From: an uncultured delta proteobacterium
Lineage (GTDB): Bacteria; Myxococcota; Kuafuiibacteriia; Kuafuiibacteriales; Kuafuiibacteriaceae
DNA length: 64,000 nt
Reading direction: 5' to 3'
Assembly: GCA_963803435.1 (NCBI GenBank)
Contig: CAWDML010000009.1
Location: 160,001-224,000 of the forward strand
A model generated the notes under the pieces. It was not told the DNA's origin, made no database searches, and saw only the letters and a list, made by a program, of their open reading frames with translations. The position numbers and the translations under genes were made by a program. Below are positions 1-10,176 of the stretch, piece by piece (the first letter of the stretch is position 1; every line of letters begins with the position of its first letter).

Positions 1-166
1 GGCGTACATGCGCGCGGCGTGCTAACCCCTGCTGTCGCCATGGGATCGGCGCTCATCGAGCGCCTCCGGCGGGCCGGAATGACCTTCGAGGTGGCGGAAG
101 GCGTAGCCTCGCGCTGATCAGCGACTTCAGGCGCTCCCGCATCGGCCGATAGGATCCTCGCGGGGT

Positions 167-1613
167 ATGAAGGGCCAGGCATTCGAGCGGTCGCGATCGG
201 ACGACGCCGTGGTGGGTCAAGGCGAGCGCGGTCCTTCTCCGGAGCGGCTCCGCGCCATCGCGCTCAATCGTCTCAAGTCGCTCGGCATCCCCGCCTGGGT
301 CGCGCACGGCTGGGCGCGGGGCCGGATCATCGTCAACCCCGATCGCTTCCGCGTCTATCCCGGCGTGCGGCTCCAGCCGGAGCAGGACTTCGTCGTCTAT
401 CAGCACGCGTTCCTCGCCTTCCCCACGCCCTCTCCGCTGCAGCACCTCGGTGGCATCCGCTTCTACGAGGAGGAGAGTGTGCAGTCGTTGCTGGTCAGCA
501 TCGAGCGTCGCTGGGCCGCTCTGATCGCAGGGACCGAGGCGGCGCTCTCCCGAGCTCGGGCGTTCTGTCCGGACGCCCGTCTCGACGCGCAGAGCTGGAT
601 GATCGAGACCGTCTATCAGGACCGGATCGGCCGCGTGATCTTCCGCTTCGACGGGCGGCTCGCGATCCTCTACGCGTATGCGGTCGACGCCAAGGTCCTC
701 GAGTACGGCGAGGGCGCGCGCCCGATCGCGCTTCAGCTCCCGGCCGAGCCCATCTCGATCGACGAGCATGTTCTGGCCCCGGCGGTTCGCGCGGCCCGTT
801 CGCGCCTCGGCGTCGAGACCGAGCACGAAGACACCGGCCGGATCTCGCTGGATCTCCGCGTCCTCGGATCTCGCATCGATCGCCGGGGACGGTTCGGTGG
901 TCGCCCACCCGGAGCTGCCCGGCAGCAACGATCTCGACTTCGATCTAAACGCGCTCAAGACCGGCGATCTCAAGGTCTATCCCGAGCAGGGCCGCAGCCC
1001 GGCGCCGGTGGAGCGCGTGGACGCCGGACATCTGTCGCGCCGGCACCCGCGCGAGCCCCAGAACGTGCCGGCCCGGATGACCTGGGACCGCGGCGAGGCC
1101 GGCGTGGTGCTGGCGGACATCTCGGCCGGCGGTGCGTTCGTCCGGGTGACAGCGCCCAACCTGCCCAGGCGCGGCGAGTCGGTCCGTCTCTGGGGCTTTG
1201 GAAAGCTCGCCGTGCTCGGAGAGGTCGCGTTCGTGCGACCCGAGGAGGAGGCTCACCTCTTCGCGACCGGAGCCGGCGTGGGCGTCTCCTTCGTCGTGGA
1301 GACGGACACGCAGCTCTCGACCGAGGCTCCGGTCTGCGCCCTCTTCCTCAAGGACTGGAACACGCGCCGCCGCGCCCTCTCAGCGGTGGACGAGGCCCGC
1401 TGTCTCCCTTTCACCGCCGACACCCTGGTCGAGCTCGCCGTCATCACGCTGCAGCTCGACGTGAAGCTCATCGTGCTCGACGAGTCGATCGTGGAGCGGG
1501 TGCGAGCGGCGCTCGGCCTGGAGGAGCGCGGGATCGCGGTGTTGGCCGTGCGAAATCCGACCGATCCCATCGACGCCTCCAAGGTGCGGGCGCGCCTGCC
1601 GACGCCGGCGTAG
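167..1613 (+). CDS. PilZ-domain protein, split by one frameshift near 851-870 (probable sequencing error)
   Basis: The 167 frame is protein-like up to ...TGRISLDL. The 678..1613 frame then carries the PilZ motifs RRHPR and DISAGG. Removing one base around GATCTCC (851-857) joins them. Confidence 0.7.
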
Positions 1614-1675
1614 GTCGGAAGGCTCCCATCCCACGCGCGTGTCGCTCTCCGGGCGGGACGCTCAAGCGAGGGGTG

Positions 1676-1690
1676 CGGCACGTCGATTGC
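1676..1690 (+). promoter_or_regulatory. sigma54 (-24/-12) promoter for glutamine synthetase
   Basis: CGGCAC-GTCGA-TTGC matches YGGCAC-N5-TTGC (GG-N10-GC), ending 13 nt before the GS start codon. GS genes are classic sigma54 targets. Confidence 0.75.
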
Positions 1691-1703
1691 GACGGCGCTC
1701 CCC

Positions 1704-2726
1704 GTGAACATCTACAAAGCCGAGTACATCTGGATGGACGGGACCGAGCCCACGCCGTCGCTCCGGTCCAAGACGAAGATCGTGGAGGCGGGCCAGCCCC
1801 CGCCCATCTGGGGCTTCGACGGATCCAGCACGCGGCAGGCCACCGGCGGTGCCTCCGACTGCGTGCTCACGCCCGTGATGGTCGTGCCTGATCCGATCCG
1901 CGGGGGCGCGCCGAATCGCCTGGTCCTCTGCGAGGTGCTCACGCCCGACATGCGGCCGCACAAGAGCAACACACGCGCGAAGGTGGTCGAGCTTGCCCAG
2001 CGCTTCGAGCGACAGGAGTGCCTGTTCGGGATCGAGCAGGAGTACACCCTCTTTCGAGACGGCCGTCCGCTCGGATGGCCCGAGCAGGGCCTGCCGGCGC
2101 CGCAGGGACCGTACTACTGCAGCGTAGGGGAGAACGCGTTCGGGCGCGAGATCGTCGAGGCCCACATGGATGCGTGCCTCGGCGCCAACCTGGCCTACGC
2201 CGGCCTCAACGCAGAGGTGATGCCGGGACAGTGGGAGTTCCAGATCGGGCCGCTCGATCCGATCGCGATCGGCGATCAGATGTTGCTGGCGCGCTGGCTC
2301 CTGCTGCGCGTGGCGGAGGACTTCGGCGTCAAAGTGAGCTTCGACCCCAAGCCGGTCCAGGGCGACTGGAACGGCGCCGGCTGCCACACGAACTTCTCCA
2401 GCGTGGAGACGCGCGCCGACTGGAACGCGCTGATCCTCGCCTGCGAGGCCCTCGGGGCTCGCGCGGCCGCGCACATCGCAGAGTACGGGTCCGGCATCGA
2501 GGCGCGCCTCACCGGCCAGCACGAGACCTGCGCGTACACCGAGTTCCGCTACGGCGTGTCGGACCGCGGTGCCTCAATCCGTATCCCGTGGCACGTGGCT
2601 CAGGCCCAGCGCGGCTACCTCGAGGATCGGCGGCCGAACGCGAACTGCGATCCTTACCGCGTCGTCAAGATGATCGTCGAGACCGCCGGGCCGGTCCTCG
2701 CCGAAGCGGCTCAAAAAGTGGCATGA
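1704..2726 (+). CDS. glnII: glutamine synthetase type II
   Basis: 340 aa. Motifs AEYIWMDG, LRSKTK, WGFDGSST, GIEQEY, PQGPYYC, NAEVMPGQWEFQ, DWNGAGCHTNFS, DRGASIRIP, GYLEDRRP. Confidence 0.95.
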   Translation: MNIYKAEYIWMDGTEPTPSLRSKTKIVEAGQPPPIWGFDGSSTRQATGGASDCVLTPVMVVPDPIRGGAPNRLVLCEVLTPDMRPHKSNTRAKVVELAQRFERQECLFGIEQEYTLFRDGRPLGWPEQGLPAPQGPYYCSVGENAFGREIVEAHMDACLGANLAYAGLNAEVMPGQWEFQIGPLDPIAIGDQMLLARWLLLRVAEDFGVKVSFDPKPVQGDWNGAGCHTNFSSVETRADWNALILACEALGARAAAHIAEYGSGIEARLTGQHETCAYTEFRYGVSDRGASIRIPWHVAQAQRGYLEDRRPNANCDPYRVVKMIVETAGPVLAEAAQKVA

Positions 2727-2798
2727 GTCCGCGCCCCTGCAGCACATCCTGCAGCCTTGACTCCGGCGAATCGCGGCCGCAGGCTCTTGCCTCGCGGA

Positions 2799-3512
2799 AT
2801 GCAAGCTAGGTTGACATCAGTGCTCCTCGCGCTCGCGCTCTCCGGTTGCGCGGGCACCTTCTACGAGGCCGCGGAGCGGGGCGATGCCTCTCGGGTCGGC
2901 TCGCTCCTCGACGATCGGCCCGGCCTGGTCGACGAGACCGACGGCCGCACGCTCTCGGCGCTCCACTATGCGGCCTCCGAGGGGCACGTCGACGTGGTCC
3001 GGCTGCTGCTGGACCGCGGCGCCGATCCCGGGGTCTCAGCGCTCGGGGGCATGACGCCGCTGTTTCTCGCCGCCGCCGGCGGTCACGCGGACGTGGTGAA
3101 GCTCCTCGTCGAGCGCGGCGCCGATCCGAACGCGCGCTCGCCCTGGAACCCGATGCGGGTCGCAGCGGGCGAGGGCCACACCGAGGTGGTGCGCGTGCTC
3201 CTCGCGCTCCACGGCGATCCGGAGGGGCACAACGTTCCACCCTTGATGGCCGCCGCCAGCACCGGGCACCTCGACGTGATGGAGTTGCTGGTGAAGGCCG
3301 GCGCCAAGGTGAACCGCGTGACGCTCGACGACTTCAGCTCCGCGCTCACGGTGGCCGCCTCCCGCGGCCAGATCGACGCCGTCGAGTGGCTGGTCGCCCA
3401 CGGCGCCAACGTCAACCACGACGACATGCAGGGTCGCACGGCGCTGATGCTGGCCGAGGAGAACAATCACCCGCAGATCGCGGAGATCCTCAAGCAGCAC
3501 GGGGCGAGGTAG
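2799..3512 (+). CDS. ankyrin-repeat lipoprotein
   Basis: Lipobox LALSGC, followed by about 5-6 repeats of the ALHYAASEGHVDVVRLLLDRGAD type. Confidence 0.9.
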   Translation: MQARLTSVLLALALSGCAGTFYEAAERGDASRVGSLLDDRPGLVDETDGRTLSALHYAASEGHVDVVRLLLDRGADPGVSALGGMTPLFLAAAGGHADVVKLLVERGADPNARSPWNPMRVAAGEGHTEVVRVLLALHGDPEGHNVPPLMAAASTGHLDVMELLVKAGAKVNRVTLDDFSSALTVAASRGQIDAVEWLVAHGANVNHDDMQGRTALMLAEENNHPQIAEILKQHGAR

Positions 3513-3522
3513 CCCGGCGCGC

Positions 3523-5607
3523 TCACTCCGCCGCGAAGTTCTGCTGATTACCGCTGACCCGCAGCCGTTCGAGCAGCCGCTTGGGCTCGAACGTGATGCG
3601 GGCCCCCAGCTGGTTGTTCGTGACCATCCCATTGTCGAGGGCGGCGGAGTCGCGCGAGCCCAGGTCGAGCCCGGCGTCGTTGCAGCTCGAGACCGAGAAC
3701 CGCGAGACGCGGACCGTCGCCATGGCGTTGTTGTAGATGCCGCGGCCCCGCGGATAGCCCAGCATCGTCGGCGGGACGTAGCGTGCCTTGCCGTGCATGC
3801 GCAGGACGGTCAGATCCTCGACGTCGAGGTGGGTTCGCAAGAACGCGACCACGCCGTCGGCGGCTCCGTCGACGAGCGCGCGCCGGACCGTGAGAGACGC
3901 ATCCGAGAAGACGTAGAGCCCGTGGTCTCCGACCTCGACCGCGCTGACGTCTTCGACGGTGACCGAGGCGCGCTCGTTGGCGCAGAGGCCCTGGCGGAGC
4001 AGCTGCTCCAGGTGGACACGGCGCGCCGTCACCTGGGACGTCCCGAGCACGTTGAAGCCGCACTCGACGCCGAACGGGTCCGGAGAGTCGCCGTCCTGCT
4101 CGATCGTGACGTCCTCGAGATCGCCGCGCACGTCGCCGTAGGCGTACAGGCTCTGGCCGTCGACACCCGAGATCCCCAGGCGGTGGATCGTGCCGCTGGT
4201 CTCTTGTCCGAGCAGGAGCCCCTCGACGTAGGAGGAGGACCGCTGGGCCACGTCGGCGATCGTGAGGTCGTCGGCGGCGAGCGCGCTCCTGCCCAGGATC
4301 GTCATCCCCTCGGTCTCGAGATCGAACAGTGAGGCGCGCGCCAGCGTCACGCTCGAGCTGGTGGCCTCGAGCCCGCTGCCCGAGACCGTGTGCACCACCA
4401 GATCGGACAGGGACACCGTGGAGCTCACCGCGTTGATCCCGTGGATGGCACCTCGTTCGATCCATAGGCGCGTCAGCGCGGCGCGCGTGTCGGACATCGC
4501 CACGCCGGCGTTGGCGGTGTCCCGCACGATCAGGTCCTCGCCGGTCACCGTGGAGCGCTCGAGCGAGAGGCCCTGGGCGCCGGTGTGCGCGATCAGCACC
4601 CGCGCGAGCGCGGCGGATCCGTCCGAGACGGCCACGCCGGCGCCCTCGCTGTCCATGACCACGCTGTCCTCGATCGTGCCCTCGGCGCCGTCGATCTGCG
4701 CTCCGATCGCGCCGCCGCGGATCGTGACGCCCGCGAGCGAGAACGGCGCGGTGGCGCTCAGCCCGACGCCGCCGGCGCCGGGGTCGATCACGGTCTCGGC
4801 CGCACACGCGCCGACGAGGGTGAGGGCCCGGTCGATGGTGACGGTCCCGGCGTGCACACCCTTGGCGAGGGCCAGCGTGGCGCCCTCGGGCGCCGACGCG
4901 ATGGCGTCCTGGATCGTGGTCACGTTCGGATCCACCCGCACCACGTTGCCCGTGAGCCCCTCCGCATAGGATCCCTCGGGACAGAGCGACGCGAGGTCGC
5001 TCGGCTCGCAGACGATCAGCGACTCGAGGAGGCGCGCGGTCCATCCCGGAGGACAGGGCTCGAGCCGGGGCAATCGCGGCGGCTGGGCGCGCCGCGGTGG
5101 CGCCGGCGGGAGGACCGGGCACGGCACCGTGCAGTCCTCGAGCTCGACGCTTTGGGTGTCGAGATAGCACCCGCCGGCGCCGGCGCAGGCGTCGACGCTG
5201 AAGCCGGACATGCGAAACTCGGCCAACCGATCGGAGAGCCGATCGATCGCCTGCCATCGCACGAGCTCGCCGTCGCGGTTCGACTCGTACCCGACCAGGA
5301 ACGGAGGGAGGCTCCGCGCGGGCGGGGCGGCAGCAGGCGCGATCCGCCCGGGTGACAGCTGCATCGAGGCCAGGTCGTTCGGAAGATAGAGGAGCGTGAT
5401 CGCGGCGTCGGCGCCTGCGCTGAACGGACGGGTCAGCGGATCGCGCCCGGAGAGGTCCACCGCGAACACGTCGAGCGCGTCCCCGGCGAAGGCGACGATC
5501 GCGGACTGGGCGCCCTCGGGCGGCGCCGGCGGCGCTTCGATGGGCTGGATCGACTGGCAGCCGGCGACGAGGAGCAGTTGGAGAGCCGATCGCCGCCCGA
5601 GCCGCAC
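3523..5607 (-). CDS. lipoprotein with right-handed parallel beta-helix (pectin-lyase-like) domain
   Basis: LLVAGC lipobox, TIQDAIASAPEGATLAL beta-helix cap, and repeated approx. 22-aa coils. Confidence 0.75.
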   Translation of the reverse strand: MRLGRRSALQLLLVAGCQSIQPIEAPPAPPEGAQSAIVAFAGDALDVFAVDLSGRDPLTRPFSAGADAAITLLYLPNDLASMQLSPGRIAPAAAPPARSLPPFLVGYESNRDGELVRWQAIDRLSDRLAEFRMSGFSVDACAGAGGCYLDTQSVELEDCTVPCPVLPPAPPRRAQPPRLPRLEPCPPGWTARLLESLIVCEPSDLASLCPEGSYAEGLTGNVVRVDPNVTTIQDAIASAPEGATLALAKGVHAGTVTIDRALTLVGACAAETVIDPGAGGVGLSATAPFSLAGVTIRGGAIGAQIDGAEGTIEDSVVMDSEGAGVAVSDGSAALARVLIAHTGAQGLSLERSTVTGEDLIVRDTANAGVAMSDTRAALTRLWIERGAIHGINAVSSTVSLSDLVVHTVSGSGLEATSSSVTLARASLFDLETEGMTILGRSALAADDLTIADVAQRSSSYVEGLLLGQETSGTIHRLGISGVDGQSLYAYGDVRGDLEDVTIEQDGDSPDPFGVECGFNVLGTSQVTARRVHLEQLLRQGLCANERASVTVEDVSAVEVGDHGLYVFSDASLTVRRALVDGAADGVVAFLRTHLDVEDLTVLRMHGKARYVPPTMLGYPRGRGIYNNAMATVRVSRFSVSSCNDAGLDLGSRDSAALDNGMVTNNQLGARITFEPKRLLERLRVSGNQQNFAAE

Positions 5608-5627
5608 AGGCGGTCAGAGCATCTCTC

Positions 5628-8600
5628 TCATGGGAAGGTGATGTCGAGCGTGTAGTTGCCTTCGCGGACCACGCTGTCGGACGGCCGCCACGAGTCGACC
5701 ACGAGGTAGTACGTCTGCATCGCGCCCGAGCTGTTCGTGTAGCTGATCGTCTCCGGGTTGCCGTCGTCCTGACCCGCCACGCAGCTGGTCGCGGAGCTGG
5801 CGCAGTTGGTGATCAGGTACAGGGCCGCGTCCCACGTGGAGTCGAGGGTCGCGCTGATCGATCGACCGGCCGGAAGATCGATCCGGTAGACCGCGTCGGC
5901 GCCCGTCTGTGCGTATCCCGTGCAGCTCCCCGTGGCCGAGGTGGCGCCGTAGTCGGCAAGAAATCCCGAGGTGGTGCCGTGGAAGGTGCCGCCGTTGGGC
6001 GGGACCCGATAGGCGTCGGCGCAGGTGTCCCCGCCGTGGATCTCAGCGGTCAGGTTTCCCGTGCCGCTGGCGCCGTTGAAACCGTCGACGATGACCCGAT
6101 AGACGGCGGACTGCTGGAAGACGGGCGCGATCTCCTCGACGCCGCCCACGCTCGAGTCAGATCCGGCGATGCAGCTGCCGTTGATGTCGGCGCAGTTGGA
6201 GACCAGGTAGAGCGACGAGTCGAAGCCGCTCGAGGTGGCCTGCACGCGCAGCTGCTCGCCCGCGAACATCAGGATCTCGTACACGCGATCGGGTCCGCTG
6301 GCCGCGTAGCCGGTGCAGCCGCCCGAGTTCGGCGAGTAGTCGTTCACCTTTCCCTGGGTCGTATACGACTCGGTGCCGATCAGGAGCGGCGCGGCGTCGG
6401 CGCAGGTCTCGGCCGTGTATTGGGCCACCGTCAGATCGTGTGGGCCGCTCTCGTTCGCGTCGTACGCGTCGACGATGACGTAGTGCGGCCCGGCGGTCTG
6501 CGCGACGAAGCGGAGGAGCTCCGGCTCGCCGGTGAGGGCGGCGTCGGCGCCGGCGACGCAGCTCGAGAGGTTCCCGCAGTTCGTGACCGCGTACACCGAG
6601 CCGTCAACGGCGGCGTCGAACTCGGCGAGCACCTCCACCACGTCGCCGGCGGCGAGCGTGATCTGGTAGGCCTGATCCGGTCCCGAGGCGGCGTAGCCGG
6701 TGCAGCTGGTGGGAGGATCGTAGTCGTTGGCCAGGCCCGCGGTGGTGCTCTGGAACGAGCCTCCCCCTTGCGGGATCACGACCGGCTGCGCGCAGGTGTC
6801 ACCGCCGCTCACAGGAGGTGAGATCACGACGGAGAGGCTGAAGGGCCCGTGCGCGGTGCCGTAGCCGTCCGCGATCAGGAAGTAGGTGCGCGCCGAGAGC
6901 GCCGTGAAGTCGACGGTCTCCGGGTTGCCGCTGTCGTCGCCGTCGACGCAGGTCCCCGAGACGTTGGTGCAGTTTTCGACGAGGTAGAGCGACGCGTCCC
7001 AGGCGGCGTCGAGGCTCGCCTGCAGGCGCTCACCGGCCTGGAGCGACACGCGGTAGGCCACGTCGTTGCCGTTGGCGCTGTAGCCGGTGCATCCGCCGAG
7101 GCCGCTGGCGATCGGGGTGTAGTCGTTGGTCGCGTTGGTGGTGTCGCCGGTGAAGACGCCGCCCGCGGTGACGTCGATGGCCGAAGCGCAAGTATCGTTG
7201 GCGATCGGCGCTGCCGTGAGCGTGACCGTGAGCGAGAAGGCGCCGCCGGCGCCCGCAAAGCCGTCGACGATCAGGAAGTAGTCGCCCGAGGCGGCGGTGG
7301 TGTAGTCGATCTGCTCCGGGTTCCCGTTGTCCTCTCCGGCGACGCAGCTCTGCGCCACGTTCGCGCAGCTGGTGACCAGGTAGATCGAGGTGTCCCAGCT
7401 GGGTGTGCCCGGGCTGAGCGACGCCTGCAGGCGATCGCCGGCCTGCAGCGTCACGCGGTAGACGACGTCGGGCCCGCTCGAGCGATAGCCGGTGCAGGCG
7501 TTGGAGTCCTGATAGTCGTTCGTCGCCGTGAGCGTGTTGCCGGTGAACGTCCCGCTCTGAGAGATCACGAACGCGTCGGCGCACGTGTCGCCGACCGTCG
7601 AGATGACCATGATCGTCACCTGCGCCGTGGTGGTGCCGCCGGCGCCCACCGCGGTCAGCGTATAGGTCGTGCTCGTCGCCGGCGCCACGTTGACCGTGCC
7701 GGTGACGGGCCGCGAGCCCACGCCGTGATCGATCGTCACGCTGGTCGCGTTGGTGACCTGCCAGGACAGCGTCGACTGGGCGCCCGGCATGATCTGCTGA
7801 GGTGTCGCCGTGAACGTCATGACCTGCGGCGTTCCCACCGGGCTCACCGAGACCGAGACCTGCGCCGACGCCATCCCGCCCGGGCCCATCGCGGTGAGCG
7901 TGTACTGGGTGGGCTGCGTCGGGTTCACGACCGCCGATCCGTTGACCGGCTGCGTCCCCACGCCGTTGTCGATCACCACGCTGGTCGCGTTCTGGGTGGT
8001 CCAGGTGAGCGTCGACTGTCCGCCCGCGTTGATCGACGCTGGGCTAGCGTTGAAGGACGCCACCTGCGGCGGCGCTGCATTGACGGTGACGGTGACCGTC
8101 GCCATCGCGTCTGAGCCGCTCCCGTGGGCGTACAGCGTGTACGTGGTGGTCATCGTCGGCGTGACCTGGACCGATCCATTGGCGGGCAGTCCGTTGCCGA
8201 CGCCGTGGTCGATGTCGACCGAGGCGGCGCTCTGCGTGGTCCAGTTCAGCGTGGTCGTCCCGCCGGGCAGCGTCGCCTGCGGCTGGGCCGTGAACGCCGA
8301 GATCACGGGCTGGTTGGCGCCCGCCACGGTGACGACGACCTGGGCGGTGACCTGCTGGCCGTTTCCGAACGCCGTCAGCGTGTACGTGGTGGTCTGCGCC
8401 GGTGACACGAAGACGGAGCCCTTCGCCAGCTGCGCGCCGACACCCTGATCGATCGAGGTGCCCTCGACGTTGTCGGTGTCCCACGACAGCTCCGCCCTTC
8501 CGCCGGGCGCGATGGTGGTGGGGGTCGAGTCGAACCGCGTGATCGACGGATCTCCGCCGTCGAGGACGGTCACCGTCACCGAGGCGTTCGCCTGTCCGCC

Positions 8601-9359
8601 CGGACCGACCGCCGTGATCGAGTAGGTCGTGGTCTCGCTGGGCGTCACGTCGATCGATCCGGTCACGCCCTGCTGGCCGATGCCGTGATCGATCGTCACG
8701 CCGTCGCTGTTGGCGGTCTCCCAGGAGAGGGTGACGCGCGCGCCCTGCTGGACCGTCTGCGGCGAGGCGGTAAAGCGACGGATGAACGGCTGGTTGCCGC
8801 TCGCCACCACGACCGTGACCTCGCTCGGCTGGGACATCTGCATCCCGCGGTGGGCCACCAGCGTGTAGGTGGTGGTGACCTCGGGCGTGACCTGCAAGCT
8901 GCCTTGCGCCTCGTCCATCCCGAGGTCCGGCTCGATCGAGACCGCGTCCGCGTCGGTGGTCGCCCACTCGAGCATGGCCGACTCGCCCTGCATGATCGTC
9001 CGGGGGCTCGCGTCGAAGCTGGTGACTCGCGGGTTGTTGCCGACCACCTCGACGCTGACCTCGGCCGTGAGCCCCTCCGGGCCGCCGGGGACGGTGAGCA
9101 CGTAGGTAGTGCTCACGAGCGGCCGATCCTGCGCGGTGCCCTCCTGGGGCTGGAGGCCGATCCGAGGCTCGATGTCGATGGTCTCGGCGCCCGCGACCTC
9201 CCAGGAGAGGACCACCTCCTCGCCCAGCGAGACCGACTGGGGCGAGACCGTGAACCGCACGATGCGTGCCTTCTGCTCGATCGGCGGAGAGCCTCCGGAG
9301 CAGCCCACCAGGGCCGACAGCAGCAGAAGAATCGAGCAGGCGCACCCCGACCTGAGCAT
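5628..9359 (-). CDS. large surface lipoprotein with 7 Ig-like repeats and 5 Cys-containing PPC-like repeats
   Basis: LSALVGC lipobox; 7 x (FxAxP...TTYTLTA); 5 x (DTCAxA...NDY...CTGY...GPD). Alternative start GTG at 9365. Confidence 0.85.
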   Translation of the reverse strand: MLRSGCACSILLLLSALVGCSGGSPPIEQKARIVRFTVSPQSVSLGEEVVLSWEVAGAETIDIEPRIGLQPQEGTAQDRPLVSTTYVLTVPGGPEGLTAEVSVEVVGNNPRVTSFDASPRTIMQGESAMLEWATTDADAVSIEPDLGMDEAQGSLQVTPEVTTTYTLVAHRGMQMSQPSEVTVVVASGNQPFIRRFTASPQTVQQGARVTLSWETANSDGVTIDHGIGQQGVTGSIDVTPSETTTYSITAVGPGGQANASVTVTVLDGGDPSITRFDSTPTTIAPGGRAELSWDTDNVEGTSIDQGVGAQLAKGSVFVSPAQTTTYTLTAFGNGQQVTAQVVVTVAGANQPVISAFTAQPQATLPGGTTTLNWTTQSAASVDIDHGVGNGLPANGSVQVTPTMTTTYTLYAHGSGSDAMATVTVTVNAAPPQVASFNASPASINAGGQSTLTWTTQNATSVVIDNGVGTQPVNGSAVVNPTQPTQYTLTAMGPGGMASAQVSVSVSPVGTPQVMTFTATPQQIMPGAQSTLSWQVTNATSVTIDHGVGSRPVTGTVNVAPATSTTYTLTAVGAGGTTTAQVTIMVISTVGDTCADAFVISQSGTFTGNTLTATNDYQDSNACTGYRSSGPDVVYRVTLQAGDRLQASLSPGTPSWDTSIYLVTSCANVAQSCVAGEDNGNPEQIDYTTAASGDYFLIVDGFAGAGGAFSLTVTLTAAPIANDTCASAIDVTAGGVFTGDTTNATNDYTPIASGLGGCTGYSANGNDVAYRVSLQAGERLQASLDAAWDASLYLVENCTNVSGTCVDGDDSGNPETVDFTALSARTYFLIADGYGTAHGPFSLSVVISPPVSGGDTCAQPVVIPQGGGSFQSTTAGLANDYDPPTSCTGYAASGPDQAYQITLAAGDVVEVLAEFDAAVDGSVYAVTNCGNLSSCVAGADAALTGEPELLRFVAQTAGPHYVIVDAYDANESGPHDLTVAQYTAETCADAAPLLIGTESYTTQGKVNDYSPNSGGCTGYAASGPDRVYEILMFAGEQLRVQATSSGFDSSLYLVSNCADINGSCIAGSDSSVGGVEEIAPVFQQSAVYRVIVDGFNGASGTGNLTAEIHGGDTCADAYRVPPNGGTFHGTTSGFLADYGATSATGSCTGYAQTGADAVYRIDLPAGRSISATLDSTWDAALYLITNCASSATSCVAGQDDGNPETISYTNSSGAMQTYYLVVDSWRPSDSVVREGNYTLDITFP

Positions 9360-9419
9360 CGTCACAGTGTATCGGCAGGCGACGCCTCGGGGTGCGGATT
9401 TCCTCGTATGGCCGGGAAC

Positions 9420-10112
<693 letters not shown>

Positions 10113-10176
10113 CGAGGGTCTCGATAGCCGGGGTGCGGTGTTGCCGCAAGCGGGTGGATGCTAGAGTGTACAGCCG

